Shown here: piece by piece, positions 38,181-47,536 of the stretch
Layout: each line of letters opens with the position of its first letter
Numbering within the stretch: the first letter of the stretch is position 1
Source: Patescibacteria group bacterium
GTDB taxonomy: Bacteria; Patescibacteriota; Patescibacteriia; JAHIZJ01
NCBI GenBank assembly: GCA_028714495.1
Contig: JAQTMH010000001.1
Coordinates: 73,721-137,720, forward strand
DNA: 64,000 nt
Direction: 5' to 3'
Made by a program: the position numbers and the translations under genes
Notes under the pieces: model-generated
Seen by the model: the letters and a program-made list of their open reading frames with translations, nothing else
The model's database searches: none
What the model was told of the DNA's origin: nothing

Positions 38181-39125
38181 TTATTTAATAAAGCGACATC
38201 CTCCGCCACAATTTATATAGCTTTGACATTGATCGCAAATCGGCTTGGCGTTTTTCTGTCGAAAAGTTTTAACTTCATCTAGGTTGGATAATTCATTAAA
38301 ATTTTTATCAAAAAGATTGCCGAGTATCTCGGGATTCTGCTCACAGGTTCTCAAATTACCCAAGGGATCAATAACCCACTTATCTTTCCCGCATCCACAA
38401 GTACCAAATTTGAGGTGGGGGTATTTTTTATGATCAACTTCGCACGGTTCTATTGGTATGGTGATGTTTACTTGAATATTGTCTTGGGCGTTCTTGTGAT
38501 TGGCTATTCGCAAGGTGTCTTCCAGCTCCCGCCGGGAAATCTGCAGAGTCTCAATGTTTTTTATGCCCGCGCCTCCGGGTACGAAACGGTTGAGAGCGAT
38601 GGAATCGACTGAAAAAGCAAAGCACAAATCAACGACATCTGCTATGTCCGTATGGTTTGATTTGGTAATGGTAAATGAGGCGGTCAATGGAATCCTAAAT
38701 TTTTTAACAGCCAGTATTGCTTGGCGCACTTTTTCAAGCTGATTATTGCCACTTAGTTGAAAATAGGTTTTAGGGTAGGTGGTATCAAGGGATATTTCAA
38801 AGTATTTAACCCCGTCTTTTGTTAGTCTACGAACTTTTTCTTCATCAAGTAGAGTGCCATTGGTAGCCAAGCCAACTTTGTTTCCGAGCCCATATAGGAG
38901 ATTGACAATGTTAAAAATATCCGGATGCAGTAGAGGTTCACCGCCGGATAAGATGATGAATTTTGGCTTTATCTCGGCTAATAGTTTCTTGAATAGAACT
39001 TTGATGGAAGCCAGGCGCAACTCACCGCGCGGATATTTTTTGTTTTCCTTCCACACATTGTAGCAGTACAAACAGTTATTATTGCACCGTGGCGTGACTT
39101 CAAAAATAATATAAGGCCTATTCAT
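38181..39125 (-). CDS. Radical SAM/SPASM domain protein
   Basis: CNNNCLYC, SGGEPLL, ATNG, SPASM CGCGK..IDPLGNLRTC..CDQC..CGGGC. Confidence 0.93.
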   Translation of the reverse strand: MNRPYIIFEVTPRCNNNCLYCYNVWKENKKYPRGELRLASIKVLFKKLLAEIKPKFIILSGGEPLLHPDIFNIVNLLYGLGNKVGLATNGTLLDEEKVRRLTKDGVKYFEISLDTTYPKTYFQLSGNNQLEKVRQAILAVKKFRIPLTASFTITKSNHTDIADVVDLCFAFSVDSIALNRFVPGGAGIKNIETLQISRRELEDTLRIANHKNAQDNIQVNITIPIEPCEVDHKKYPHLKFGTCGCGKDKWVIDPLGNLRTCEQNPEILGNLFDKNFNELSNLDEVKTFRQKNAKPICDQCQSYINCGGGCRFIK

Positions 39126-40119
39126 TGGTTACTAAATCCTGAATCAGCTCATTGAGCTGAGGAAGTGCAATTTTTACTTTTTCAATTTCTTCTTTCGTCT
39201 CTTTATACTTGCTTTCAATATCTTCAGGGTAGTATATGTTAATATTTTTAGTACCTGATTTTTTATCTATCAGATATGACTGGTAGTTTTCCTCAAACGC
39301 ATTTATATAATATTGTGCGGTTCGCAGTAGGCTGGTTTTATTAACTCCATTGTCATAATAATTATTGGCATAATATACGGTGTAATGGGACGAAATCGTA
39401 TCAAGTATTGAAAAAAGTTCGATATCCTGCCAAATCAGCCGTTGCGCCTGGGTAAAATCATCGCTACTAACGATACCCTTGTTACGCAATTCAATAAGAG
39501 TGTCAATCTTAAATTCTAGATCTTTTATTGAATTTTCTTTATCGGTCAATGTAATAGGTGGAATCATCCGCATTATCATACTAGAAAAACCCGTAGACAT
39601 ATAGCTAATGCGCTCTTGGCAAATTTTTTCAATCAGATCAATTTCAGTGTCGCTAAGTACAAGTTCCTCCTGCGTCATACCCTCCAGACTGTTTATCAAT
39701 GTCGTCAGCTCACCCTTAAAAATTTCGGCCTGTTCTTGGGTAATTGCATCGGCATACTCTCCATAATAGGTAGTAAGGGCGGTATCATCAGTTTTATTTT
39801 TTGGGACAATATCGTCAAGTTTCTGCCAGAAGGTTTTGAAATTCTTCCATTCTGAAGTATTATTGAGTAATTTAATCCTACCTGATTTATATTCAACAGT
39901 TTGTGGAGTGGTTTTATTTTGTTTGATGTTCGTATTGGTCTTATCCGTTTTTTCTAAAAGATCGCAGCCACTCAAAGTAAAGGCGATGAGGAGAGTGCTC
40001 ATAAACAGGCCGTACTTTTTATATTTATTCACCTTAAGCTTCCTGAATCCGATAATGGTCAGGATGGAAGCGACAATAGAGGCAGTGGAAATGATGATAA
40101 TGTTATATATTTTATCCAT
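39118..40119 (-). CDS. Membrane/lipoprotein-like hypothetical protein coupled to the rSAM gene
   Basis: Two hydrophobic segments ending LSGC; stop overlaps the rSAM start. Confidence 0.75.
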   Translation of the reverse strand: MDKIYNIIIISTASIVASILTIIGFRKLKVNKYKKYGLFMSTLLIAFTLSGCDLLEKTDKTNTNIKQNKTTPQTVEYKSGRIKLLNNTSEWKNFKTFWQKLDDIVPKNKTDDTALTTYYGEYADAITQEQAEIFKGELTTLINSLEGMTQEELVLSDTEIDLIEKICQERISYMSTGFSSMIMRMIPPITLTDKENSIKDLEFKIDTLIELRNKGIVSSDDFTQAQRLIWQDIELFSILDTISSHYTVYYANNYYDNGVNKTSLLRTAQYYINAFEENYQSYLIDKKSGTKNINIYYPEDIESKYKETKEEIEKVKIALPQLNELIQDLVTNE

Positions 40120-40279
40120 ATTTGTATTATACCTTTTTATCAAAAAACCGCCATTGTTGGCGATCTTTTGTTTTGGTTCAAGCAAGCTTCAAAAGGGTGG
40201 CATTATAGATAAGTTCAGAACAGTTGACTGGAAGCGGGTTCTAGATGATCTAGCGCAGTTATTCCCTACTTTGTCATCA

Positions 40280-40741
40280 CTAGCTAGAATCCCTTAGCAT
40301 TACTTGTACTCTTTTTGCGACTTGAGGGCTAGCCACAACGCCCTCAATTAGTTGTTTGATTATTTCTTCGGGCATTGCTTCTGAGCAAACCTTTAGTTTG
40401 CATTGTTGCAATTTATCAATAAGGTATTGAGAAGTTTTTTCAAAAACACTATTACAGTCAATTACAGTATCCAAACAAAAAATTGAATACTGAGCAGGCT
40501 TTACAATCACAAGAGTTTTTGACGGGAGCTTTAATCTGCGTATTATACTCTTTCTTTTTTCCACCTGTGATGAAGCGCAAACTAAAATAAGAAACTCATC
40601 ACTTCTCGGATTTTTATTGAGGACAATAAAATAATGAGGCTCAGTAGATTTTAGTTGTTCCTCTTCAAAATAGTAGACTGAGCCAGTCTTTATGGTTGAT
40701 AAAATATGGATATGAGGTGGAATATCCATTTGTATAAACAA
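40280..40741 (-). CDS. Putative toxin, PemK/MazF-like fold
   Basis: GSVYYF..EPHYFIVL..LILVCASSQ..TVIDCN; immediately downstream of the Panacea gene. Confidence 0.6.
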   Translation of the reverse strand: MFIQMDIPPHIHILSTIKTGSVYYFEEEQLKSTEPHYFIVLNKNPRSDEFLILVCASSQVEKRKSIIRRLKLPSKTLVIVKPAQYSIFCLDTVIDCNSVFEKTSQYLIDKLQQCKLKVCSEAMPEEIIKQLIEGVVASPQVAKRVQVMLRDSS

Positions 40742-41350
40742 CTAAAGCCAATATTGGGCTACTTGGTAATTTTCGGTAAAGATTTCTTTTGAGGCATCCA
40801 AAATGTCTTTACCCAGAGCAAATTTATCTTCGCCGTTATTTATAGGGTCATTAAAAAAGTCTGAATAAGTCATTGGTTCTCTCGTTGTTTCTTTTGAGTC
40901 AAATGCACCCTTAAACTTTCTCCATTCTGGATAACGGTGAGTAATATTTACCAACTTAGAGGCTGGGTACTTCCCAAATTGGTTATAGCTAAAATTAAGA
41001 GCATCCAATTCACTTTGTGAAAACAAATCCTCTTGTACTTCATTTACTGACTGGACACTATTAGCTTGAGAACCTTGTCGGATATAACTTTGCGCGTATT
41101 GTTTCTCTTGATCAGCTAAAAAAACTGTTGAGTCGACAATATCTTTAACCGAAGAACCTACCGGTCCTAGGGGCATAGCAAAATAAGCATCGTTTATCAT
41201 TGGTCGTCCATACCGTCTTAGATGGAATCGATCAGCTAAGTAAATGAGCTTAATAAGTTTGAGTTTATCAATACTACCACCTTCTTTTTTAGCAAGGTAG
41301 TTAATTACTTGGGTAGCTTTTTTGTAGTCAAACTCAAGTAATGTTTTCAT
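40742..41350 (-). CDS. Panacea (SocA/DUF4065) domain antitoxin
   Basis: KLKLIKLIYLADR.HL..YGRP..D.Y.AMPLGPV, L..ITH..PEW. Confidence 0.88.
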   Translation of the reverse strand: MKTLLEFDYKKATQVINYLAKKEGGSIDKLKLIKLIYLADRFHLRRYGRPMINDAYFAMPLGPVGSSVKDIVDSTVFLADQEKQYAQSYIRQGSQANSVQSVNEVQEDLFSQSELDALNFSYNQFGKYPASKLVNITHRYPEWRKFKGAFDSKETTREPMTYSDFFNDPINNGEDKFALGKDILDASKEIFTENYQVAQYWL

Positions 41351-41437
41351 ATTTTCACCTTTCGTTTATAGCGTTCAATACTACTCAATCCTACCTTTTT
41401 ACTTGAAAATAATCAAGATGTAAACTAAAGTAAAGTT

Positions 41438-42196
41438 ATGATAAACAATAAAGGTCAAAAGCTTACAAAAGAACAGTTTAATAAAGGAATGAAGAAACTT
41501 GCCAGTTCCCAAGGCCGACAGAAGCTATGGAACTACTTCTTAAGTATTATTAAATCGACCAAATTCCAAAAGACTATTGCTGACTTGCGAAAAAAATATG
41601 ACATACCAAAAGATGGCTTTGGGCCTTCTTCCGAAGGGTTCATTCTGCCTCCCCGTCAATGGGAATATGAGGACCCTCGAAATAGAAAAATTAGAAATGA
41701 CGCAGAAGGTCTTTGTAAGGAATATGGTTTATATTTTATTGATTGGCAGGATGTAATAGAATTTGTCATATATTATAATAAACTTTATAAGCCAGAAGAA
41801 ATTGGCGGCGATCTCTGTATGGTTTCAGATTTTAGGGAAGAAGCGAAAGAGCCATTTACAAAATGGATTCAGGCGGCTGATGATTATTCCTTTCCTGTAG
41901 CAATAAGGGTCAGCCCCTATGCGAGCGAGCGGGATATAATTGATTTTATTAAGAAAAGCTACTACCTTTTTATTAAGCCGATTCAGGATTCTTATAAGGA
42001 GAGCGGCTCAAAAATAGGAAAGCTAAAAAAACGAAAGAAGTCAATTCAAGATAGAAATGATTTTATATACAACAACCGCGAACTCCCAAGAAGAGAAATT
42101 GGGAAGTTAGTTAGTAAAAAATTTAATGAACTTCTGGACTATGGGCTTATCGGGAAAATTATTTCAATTGAAAAAGAAAGGAGAAGGGATGTGTAA
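41438..42196 (+). CDS. Hypothetical protein with possible C-terminal HTH
   Basis: 252-aa ORF; RNDFIY..LPRREIGKLV. Confidence 0.7.
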   Translation: MINNKGQKLTKEQFNKGMKKLASSQGRQKLWNYFLSIIKSTKFQKTIADLRKKYDIPKDGFGPSSEGFILPPRQWEYEDPRNRKIRNDAEGLCKEYGLYFIDWQDVIEFVIYYNKLYKPEEIGGDLCMVSDFREEAKEPFTKWIQAADDYSFPVAIRVSPYASERDIIDFIKKSYYLFIKPIQDSYKESGSKIGKLKKRKKSIQDRNDFIYNNRELPRREIGKLVSKKFNELLDYGLIGKIISIEKERRRDV

Positions 42197-42277
42197 CACA
42201 GAAATTTTCTAGGGTACAGAAAATTCTTATACAAGTAATTCAATAAACGATAACCTGATGATATAACATCAGGTTTT

Positions 42278-42460
42278 ATGTTTTTTAGGCAACAAACATC
42301 AACCAATAACGCAATAAATCAAGAAAAGATTGATGATATTTTTGTTGACTTTGAGTCTAGGTCAAATATCGTTGGTCTCTTTGATTTGTTACTCAAGATT
42401 GATCGGCGTAATAATCCACAACGATACAAACCAGAAATGAGGGAGAAAGACTATGATTGA
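42278..42460 (+). CDS. Small hypothetical protein
   Basis: 60 aa; overlaps the start of the Rep-like gene. Confidence 0.55.
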   Translation: MFFRQQTSTNNAINQEKIDDIFVDFESRSNIVGLFDLLLKIDRRNNPQRYKPEMREKDYD

Positions 42461-43583
42461 TACTATTATTCTTTCAATCCCTAAAACAAAAACTATTAAA
42501 CTAGATTTTATGGATGACAGCCTAAAGCCGTGGGACTTGCAATCACGAACTAATGTCTATGATAAGTATGTTAAAAACGCACCAAGCAAAGAGATTGGAC
42601 AAGGCACATATTATCCCCGGCTAACAGGATTCAGAAGGAAGGGTGAAAATGGCGAGTGGGGTTCAACCATCAAGATTGAGTTTTCTGCTCCCAAACTACT
42701 TTTTCAGAATAATCTTGATGAGCTTACAGAAGATCAATTTGATAATGTTGTTGACGTTTTACGGGAGCGAATGAAAAAAATGGGAGTTGGTGCGCTAACG
42801 GGGATAATTGCGGATGCGAAAGTAATGGCTGTTCACTATTCAAAAAACATTGAACTTACAAATGGGTATACGGCAGAATACGTGATTGGAGAACTTAATA
42901 AGGTTAACCTCAATAAACGCTTTGACCTTGCTCGCGCACGTTATATGAACGATGGTCAAAGTTTATATGCTTATACAACCGCACATTCACTAGTCATCTA
43001 TGACAAAATAGCAGACTTAACACGGGGTAAAAAACGATCTACCGACAGGGAGCAATCTGATTATCAGTTAAGCTTATTGGAAGCGTTAGTAAGTCAAAAG
43101 AAACAACGAGAAATACTCCGTATAGAAGTGCGTCTAAGCCAGAAACAAAAAATTAACACCCTTTTTGAAAAACTTGGCTACACCAAAAATCCGTCTTTCA
43201 AAGATGTTTTTTCAGAGGAAAAAAGTAAAGCAGTACTCCAACATTATTGGGATACGATGATTGATGGCAATATTTCCTTTCTTTTTACCCCCTCGCTGTC
43301 TGCCAAAGATGTGCTGAAACAAGTACTGTTTATGCAACCTGATATTAAACCCAAAGAAGCTATTTACCGTACCGGGTTAGTATTGGCTTCGCGTGAAGGC
43401 AATGGGATGCGTGAATTACGGGCAATGCTTAAAAAACGATCAAACGATAGGACGTGGTTCAGAATGGCTGCTGATGCAAGGGCAACTGGTCTGGCTTTGA
43501 GCGAAATACAGCCAAGAGAGTGGTGCAGTCAAATCAAGGGTATTCTAAGGGATTATCGGCCATTTCGGGTGAAAAATAGCTGA
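42453..43583 (+). CDS. Replication initiation protein, Rep_trans / phage gene II-X-like
   Basis: MIDTI, IEFSAPKLL..NN, VIYDK, ILRIEVRL. Confidence 0.7.
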   Translation: MIDTIILSIPKTKTIKLDFMDDSLKPWDLQSRTNVYDKYVKNAPSKEIGQGTYYPRLTGFRRKGENGEWGSTIKIEFSAPKLLFQNNLDELTEDQFDNVVDVLRERMKKMGVGALTGIIADAKVMAVHYSKNIELTNGYTAEYVIGELNKVNLNKRFDLARARYMNDGQSLYAYTTAHSLVIYDKIADLTRGKKRSTDREQSDYQLSLLEALVSQKKQREILRIEVRLSQKQKINTLFEKLGYTKNPSFKDVFSEEKSKAVLQHYWDTMIDGNISFLFTPSLSAKDVLKQVLFMQPDIKPKEAIYRTGLVLASREGNGMRELRAMLKKRSNDRTWFRMAADARATGLALSEIQPREWCSQIKGILRDYRPFRVKNS

Positions 43584-43619
43584 CTTGCTATGTAAACCAT
43601 TGTAAAGTATAATATAAGT

Positions 43620-43796
43620 ATGAAAAAACAAGATTTCTATACAGCCCAAGAGTTAGCGGATAAACTTCGGGTCAATGTAATGACTATTTATCGTTATATC
43701 AAGGCTGGCAAACTAGAAGCCTATAAGTTTGGTAAAGAGTTTAGAATTAAACTCAAAGAATTCGATACTTTTATAAATAGTGCCAAGGTGAAGTAA
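43620..43796 (+). CDS. MerR-like/excisionase-type HTH protein (58 aa)
   Basis: FYTAQELADKLRVNVMTIYRYIKAGKLEAYKFGKEFRI; below the ORF-track size cutoff. Confidence 0.9.
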   Translation: MKKQDFYTAQELADKLRVNVMTIYRYIKAGKLEAYKFGKEFRIKLKEFDTFINSAKVK

Positions 43797-43797
43797 T

Positions 43798-44823
43798 ATG
43801 CAAACAAGTCTTTTCAAAAAAAAGAGAAAAAGCTGGGACAAGGGCGGGAATAAATTTACCTTTATTGATTTATTTGCAGGCATTGGAGGTTTTCGTATAG
43901 CACTTGAGGATCAGGGTGGTAAGTGTTTGTTCTCATCTGAAATAGATAAAGAATGTGTGAAAACTTACGCGGCAAATTTTAACGATTACCCGAGTGGCGA
44001 TATTACTGAAATCAAGCCATCCTCAATACCAAAACACGATATTCTCTGCGGCGGCTTTCCTTGCCAGCCATTTAGCATATCAGGAAAACAAAAAGGGTTT
44101 CAGGATACAAGAGGAACATTATTTTTCAATATATTAGAAATAATAAAAGAAAAAACTCCGAAAGTTGTTTTTTTAGAAAACGTAAAACATCTTCAATACC
44201 ACGACAAGAAAAGGACACTAGCAACAATTATTAAACACCTTGAAGAGCTTGGCTATAAAACGGAGTGGCATTTATTAAATGCAAAGGATTTTGGATTGGC
44301 GCAAAATAGGGAGAGAATAATTATTATCGGGAATAAGCACAAACACTTTAGTTTTTCAAAAATTAAAACTTATGAGCCAAAAATTATTAAAGATATTTTA
44401 GAAAAAAATGGTAATTTCGAATATCTTAAGCCGTCAGAATTTACAATTCTTCCAAAGGGCAAATGGAGAAAACAGGCATCAGGGTTAATATTTTGCGGGT
44501 ATAGAAATAAATCCATACGAATAAATGGAACACGACCAAATACAGAGCATCTATCCCGTGTTCATAAGCAGCCCAATAGGATATATCACATAGATGGTAC
44601 GCACCCCACTATCCCATCACAAGAATCATCTGGAAGATTTTGGATATTTGATGGGAAAAAAGTCAGAAAGTTAACCTTAAATGAGTGTTTTCGGCTTATG
44701 GGGTTCCCTGATGATTTTGAAAAAGTTAGTAGCAATGGCGCAAGGTACAACCAGATTGGGAATGCAGTTGCAATACCGATGATCAGGGAAGTAACTCATC
44801 AAATATTAAATCAACTAATATAA
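43798..44823 (+). CDS. DNA (cytosine-5)-methyltransferase
   Basis: DLFAGIGG, GFPCQPFS, ENV, QNRER, QIGNAV. Confidence 0.97.
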   Translation: MQTSLFKKKRKSWDKGGNKFTFIDLFAGIGGFRIALEDQGGKCLFSSEIDKECVKTYAANFNDYPSGDITEIKPSSIPKHDILCGGFPCQPFSISGKQKGFQDTRGTLFFNILEIIKEKTPKVVFLENVKHLQYHDKKRTLATIIKHLEELGYKTEWHLLNAKDFGLAQNRERIIIIGNKHKHFSFSKIKTYEPKIIKDILEKNGNFEYLKPSEFTILPKGKWRKQASGLIFCGYRNKSIRINGTRPNTEHLSRVHKQPNRIYHIDGTHPTIPSQESSGRFWIFDGKKVRKLTLNECFRLMGFPDDFEKVSSNGARYNQIGNAVAIPMIREVTHQILNQLI

Positions 44824-44828
44824 ATCAT

Positions 44829-45929
44829 ATGGATCACAAAGAAAAATTGCTCGAGATATATCATAAATCGGTTGATGTATCAGATATAATAAATATATCT
44901 GATGAGGATAAAGTTTTCCTACAAAATGTAGCTTCCAATGTTGATAGAAATAAGGGTGTCTATACTGTGTTGGTTACTCTCCTAGTTCATAAGTTATTAG
45001 TGCCAAAGCAAGACATTAGATATTTCCAAAATAAAATGAAGAAGGGATTCTCTGCCCGAACGCTTGATACAAAGTTTATTACCCCTACTCTCAAAGAACT
45101 AAAATTGCCTTCAATGGCAGAAAGTGGATGGTTAACCAGAAGCTTGGAGCAACCTTATCCTTATACATTAAAGTATGAAGGTGAAATATCAGGAAAAGAT
45201 ATGAAGAAATCATTCTTGAGAATAATTGATTCGATTCAAAAACATCCTGCTTTAACGGAAAATTATCTCAGATTTATACTCAATGGATCAATTGCTTTTA
45301 GGGATAAAAATACTATCGAAATAAAAAAAATATTTAATGGCGATGGGTTGACCATTGCAACAATTGTAAACTTATTAGAGGAACATTTTACAGAAAATTA
45401 TAAAACGCACGGAGGGTCAAAACTTCCCGTTTTAGCCTTTTATGCTATATATAAAATTTTAGTTTCAGAGTTAGGGAGATACAATGGCTGTGAGCTATTA
45501 CCGCTGGGTAGCCATACTGCTTCAGACAGAACGTCAAAAAGTTCGGGGGATATAGAAGTTACAAAAAATGGTAAAATTTTTGAATCAGTTGAGGTAAAAT
45601 TAGATAAACAAATTGATATTACAATGACAAGGATTGCATACGAAAAAATAGTAAGATTTAATCCTATTAGATATTACATTCTTTCGTATATTGGAATAAA
45701 AGAACAAGATAAAAATGTAATTGAGGATTTGATTAAAGAAATTAAAACAAAGCACGGGTGCCAACTAATTGTGAACGGATTGTTGCATACATTACGGTAT
45801 TATTTAAGATTGATTTCTGATCCAAAGTATTTTTTTAACAGCTATATTAAACTAGTTGAAAATGATACAGAAATTAGGCCCATACATAAAATGAAGTTAA
45901 AAGGGTTGATAAAAAAATATGATCTATGA
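44829..45929 (+). CDS. Putative type II restriction endonuclease
   Basis: Follows the C5-MTase; SGDIEV..ESVEVK PD-(D/E)XK-like motif. Confidence 0.75.
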   Translation: MDHKEKLLEIYHKSVDVSDIINISDEDKVFLQNVASNVDRNKGVYTVLVTLLVHKLLVPKQDIRYFQNKMKKGFSARTLDTKFITPTLKELKLPSMAESGWLTRSLEQPYPYTLKYEGEISGKDMKKSFLRIIDSIQKHPALTENYLRFILNGSIAFRDKNTIEIKKIFNGDGLTIATIVNLLEEHFTENYKTHGGSKLPVLAFYAIYKILVSELGRYNGCELLPLGSHTASDRTSKSSGDIEVTKNGKIFESVEVKLDKQIDITMTRIAYEKIVRFNPIRYYILSYIGIKEQDKNVIEDLIKEIKTKHGCQLIVNGLLHTLRYYLRLISDPKYFFNSYIKLVENDTEIRPIHKMKLKGLIKKYDL

Positions 45930-47536
45930 AAGCAGTAATCCTAGCTAGAGTATCAACAGAAGAGCAGAAAGACGCAGGGAACTCACTCCCCGCCCAAATT
46001 GATAGATTAAAAAATTACTGCAAGCGCCAGAGTTTTGAAATTATCGAGACATTTAGTTTTGATGAGAGTGCCTACAAGACCAAACGCGATGAGTTTGATA
46101 AGGTGCTTGATTTTTTGAAAACGCATAAAGAGAAAGTCGCCATTTGTTTTGATAAGGTTGATCGGCTATCGCGCAACGTCTTTGATAAACGCGTTTCACT
46201 GCTTTATGATAAGGCAGTGGCCGATGAGATTGAATTGCATTTTGTTTCTGATGGCCAGGTTGTTGGGCCGTCAATGTCGGCAGTTGAGAAGTTTCATTTT
46301 GGCATCAGCCTAGGCCTTGCAAAGTATTATTCCGATGCTATCAGCGACAACGTAAATCGGGTTTTTGAGCAAAAACGCCGTCAAGGCCAGTGGCTTTCCC
46401 GTGCGCTTATTGGTTATGTTTATATTACGCTCAATGATGGTAAGAGGGATTTAGCGCCAGACCCTGAACGCGCGCATTTACTACGAAAACTCTTTGAACT
46501 ATACGGCACTGGGAATTACTCCCTGAACACTTTATGGCAGGAAATGAAAACGCTTGGCTTGCGAAGTATCAAGGGCAAGCCGATAGCACGTAGTAGCGTT
46601 GATCGTATTTTGCGCGATCCTTTTTACTATGGGATGGTTCGTTCAAAAAAGCACGGTTTATACCCGCATCGCTACGAGCCGCTTATTACCAAGGAGCTTT
46701 TTGATAAGTGCCAAGACGTAATGAGAGGGCGTGGCTATAAGCCGTCCAAACAGGCCTCCAGGCCGTATGTTTTGAAAGGCCTAGTTACTTGTAAAAATTG
46801 TGGCTGTTTATATACCCCCGAAATAAAGAAGGGCAAGTTCATCTATTACAGTTGCACCAACGCCAAGCATAACTGCAAAAGGGTATATGTCAGCGAGAAA
46901 GACCTGTTACAGCCCGTGTACGGGGTTTTCAAGGCCTTCGGTGGCATCTCTAAGGGGGTACAGGAACGGCTAGTATCCGAGCTAAGGTCTTTAAGCGAAG
47001 GCGAGACCGTCTTTCACCAAAAAGAGATTGAAAGGGTCCGGGCTGAATATGACCGAATACAGAAACGAATTGACGCTCTTTTAGATATGCGCCTAGACCA
47101 GAGTATTACGCACGATGACTATGACAAAAAATTGCAGGAGTTAAAAGACAGGCAACACCAGCTTGGCATTGAGTTGGAAGAATACACGAAAGCCGATCAT
47201 CAGTACCATATCCACGTTTCTACGGTACTAGACCTATCGCGCAGAATGGGTCAGATTTTTGATAGTTCTGAACCAGAGGAAAAACGCTCGATTTTGAACT
47301 TTATACTTCAGAACCCGACTGCGATAGGGAAGAAACTCAGCTTTACGCTTAAAAAGCCTTTTGATTCAGTACTTTCTTTAGCTTATGCCCAAACGGAAAA
47401 CAGGGCATTTAGCCCTGCTTGTCCTGTATGGGGTGGCCAGTGGGACTTGCACCCACAATCCCGGATCAAGGTCCGGGACCGGTGCCATACCCGCCCGCCT
47501 CGCGACGAGCGGCTTCATAAGCGGAGTCTGGGGTGA
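45926..47536 (+). CDS. Large serine recombinase (integrated form; tail reads through tRNA-derived sequence)
   Basis: ARVSTEEQ, DKVDRLSR, recombinase domain, zinc ribbon CKNCG..YYSC..C, coiled coil. Confidence 0.95.
   Translation: MKAVILARVSTEEQKDAGNSLPAQIDRLKNYCKRQSFEIIETFSFDESAYKTKRDEFDKVLDFLKTHKEKVAICFDKVDRLSRNVFDKRVSLLYDKAVADEIELHFVSDGQVVGPSMSAVEKFHFGISLGLAKYYSDAISDNVNRVFEQKRRQGQWLSRALIGYVYITLNDGKRDLAPDPERAHLLRKLFELYGTGNYSLNTLWQEMKTLGLRSIKGKPIARSSVDRILRDPFYYGMVRSKKHGLYPHRYEPLITKELFDKCQDVMRGRGYKPSKQASRPYVLKGLVTCKNCGCLYTPEIKKGKFIYYSCTNAKHNCKRVYVSEKDLLQPVYGVFKAFGGISKGVQERLVSELRSLSEGETVFHQKEIERVRAEYDRIQKRIDALLDMRLDQSITHDDYDKKLQELKDRQHQLGIELEEYTKADHQYHIHVSTVLDLSRRMGQIFDSSEPEEKRSILNFILQNPTAIGKKLSFTLKKPFDSVLSLAYAQTENRAFSPACPVWGGQWDLHPQSRIKVRDRCHTRPPRDERLHKRSLG

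Larger units (their letters stand above)
40195..47437. mobile_element. ~7.2-kb integrative element at the tRNA-His 3' end
   Basis: GGGTGGC at both ends; low GC; carries a large serine recombinase, Rep-like gene, HTH, R-M pair and TA pair. Confidence 0.8.
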
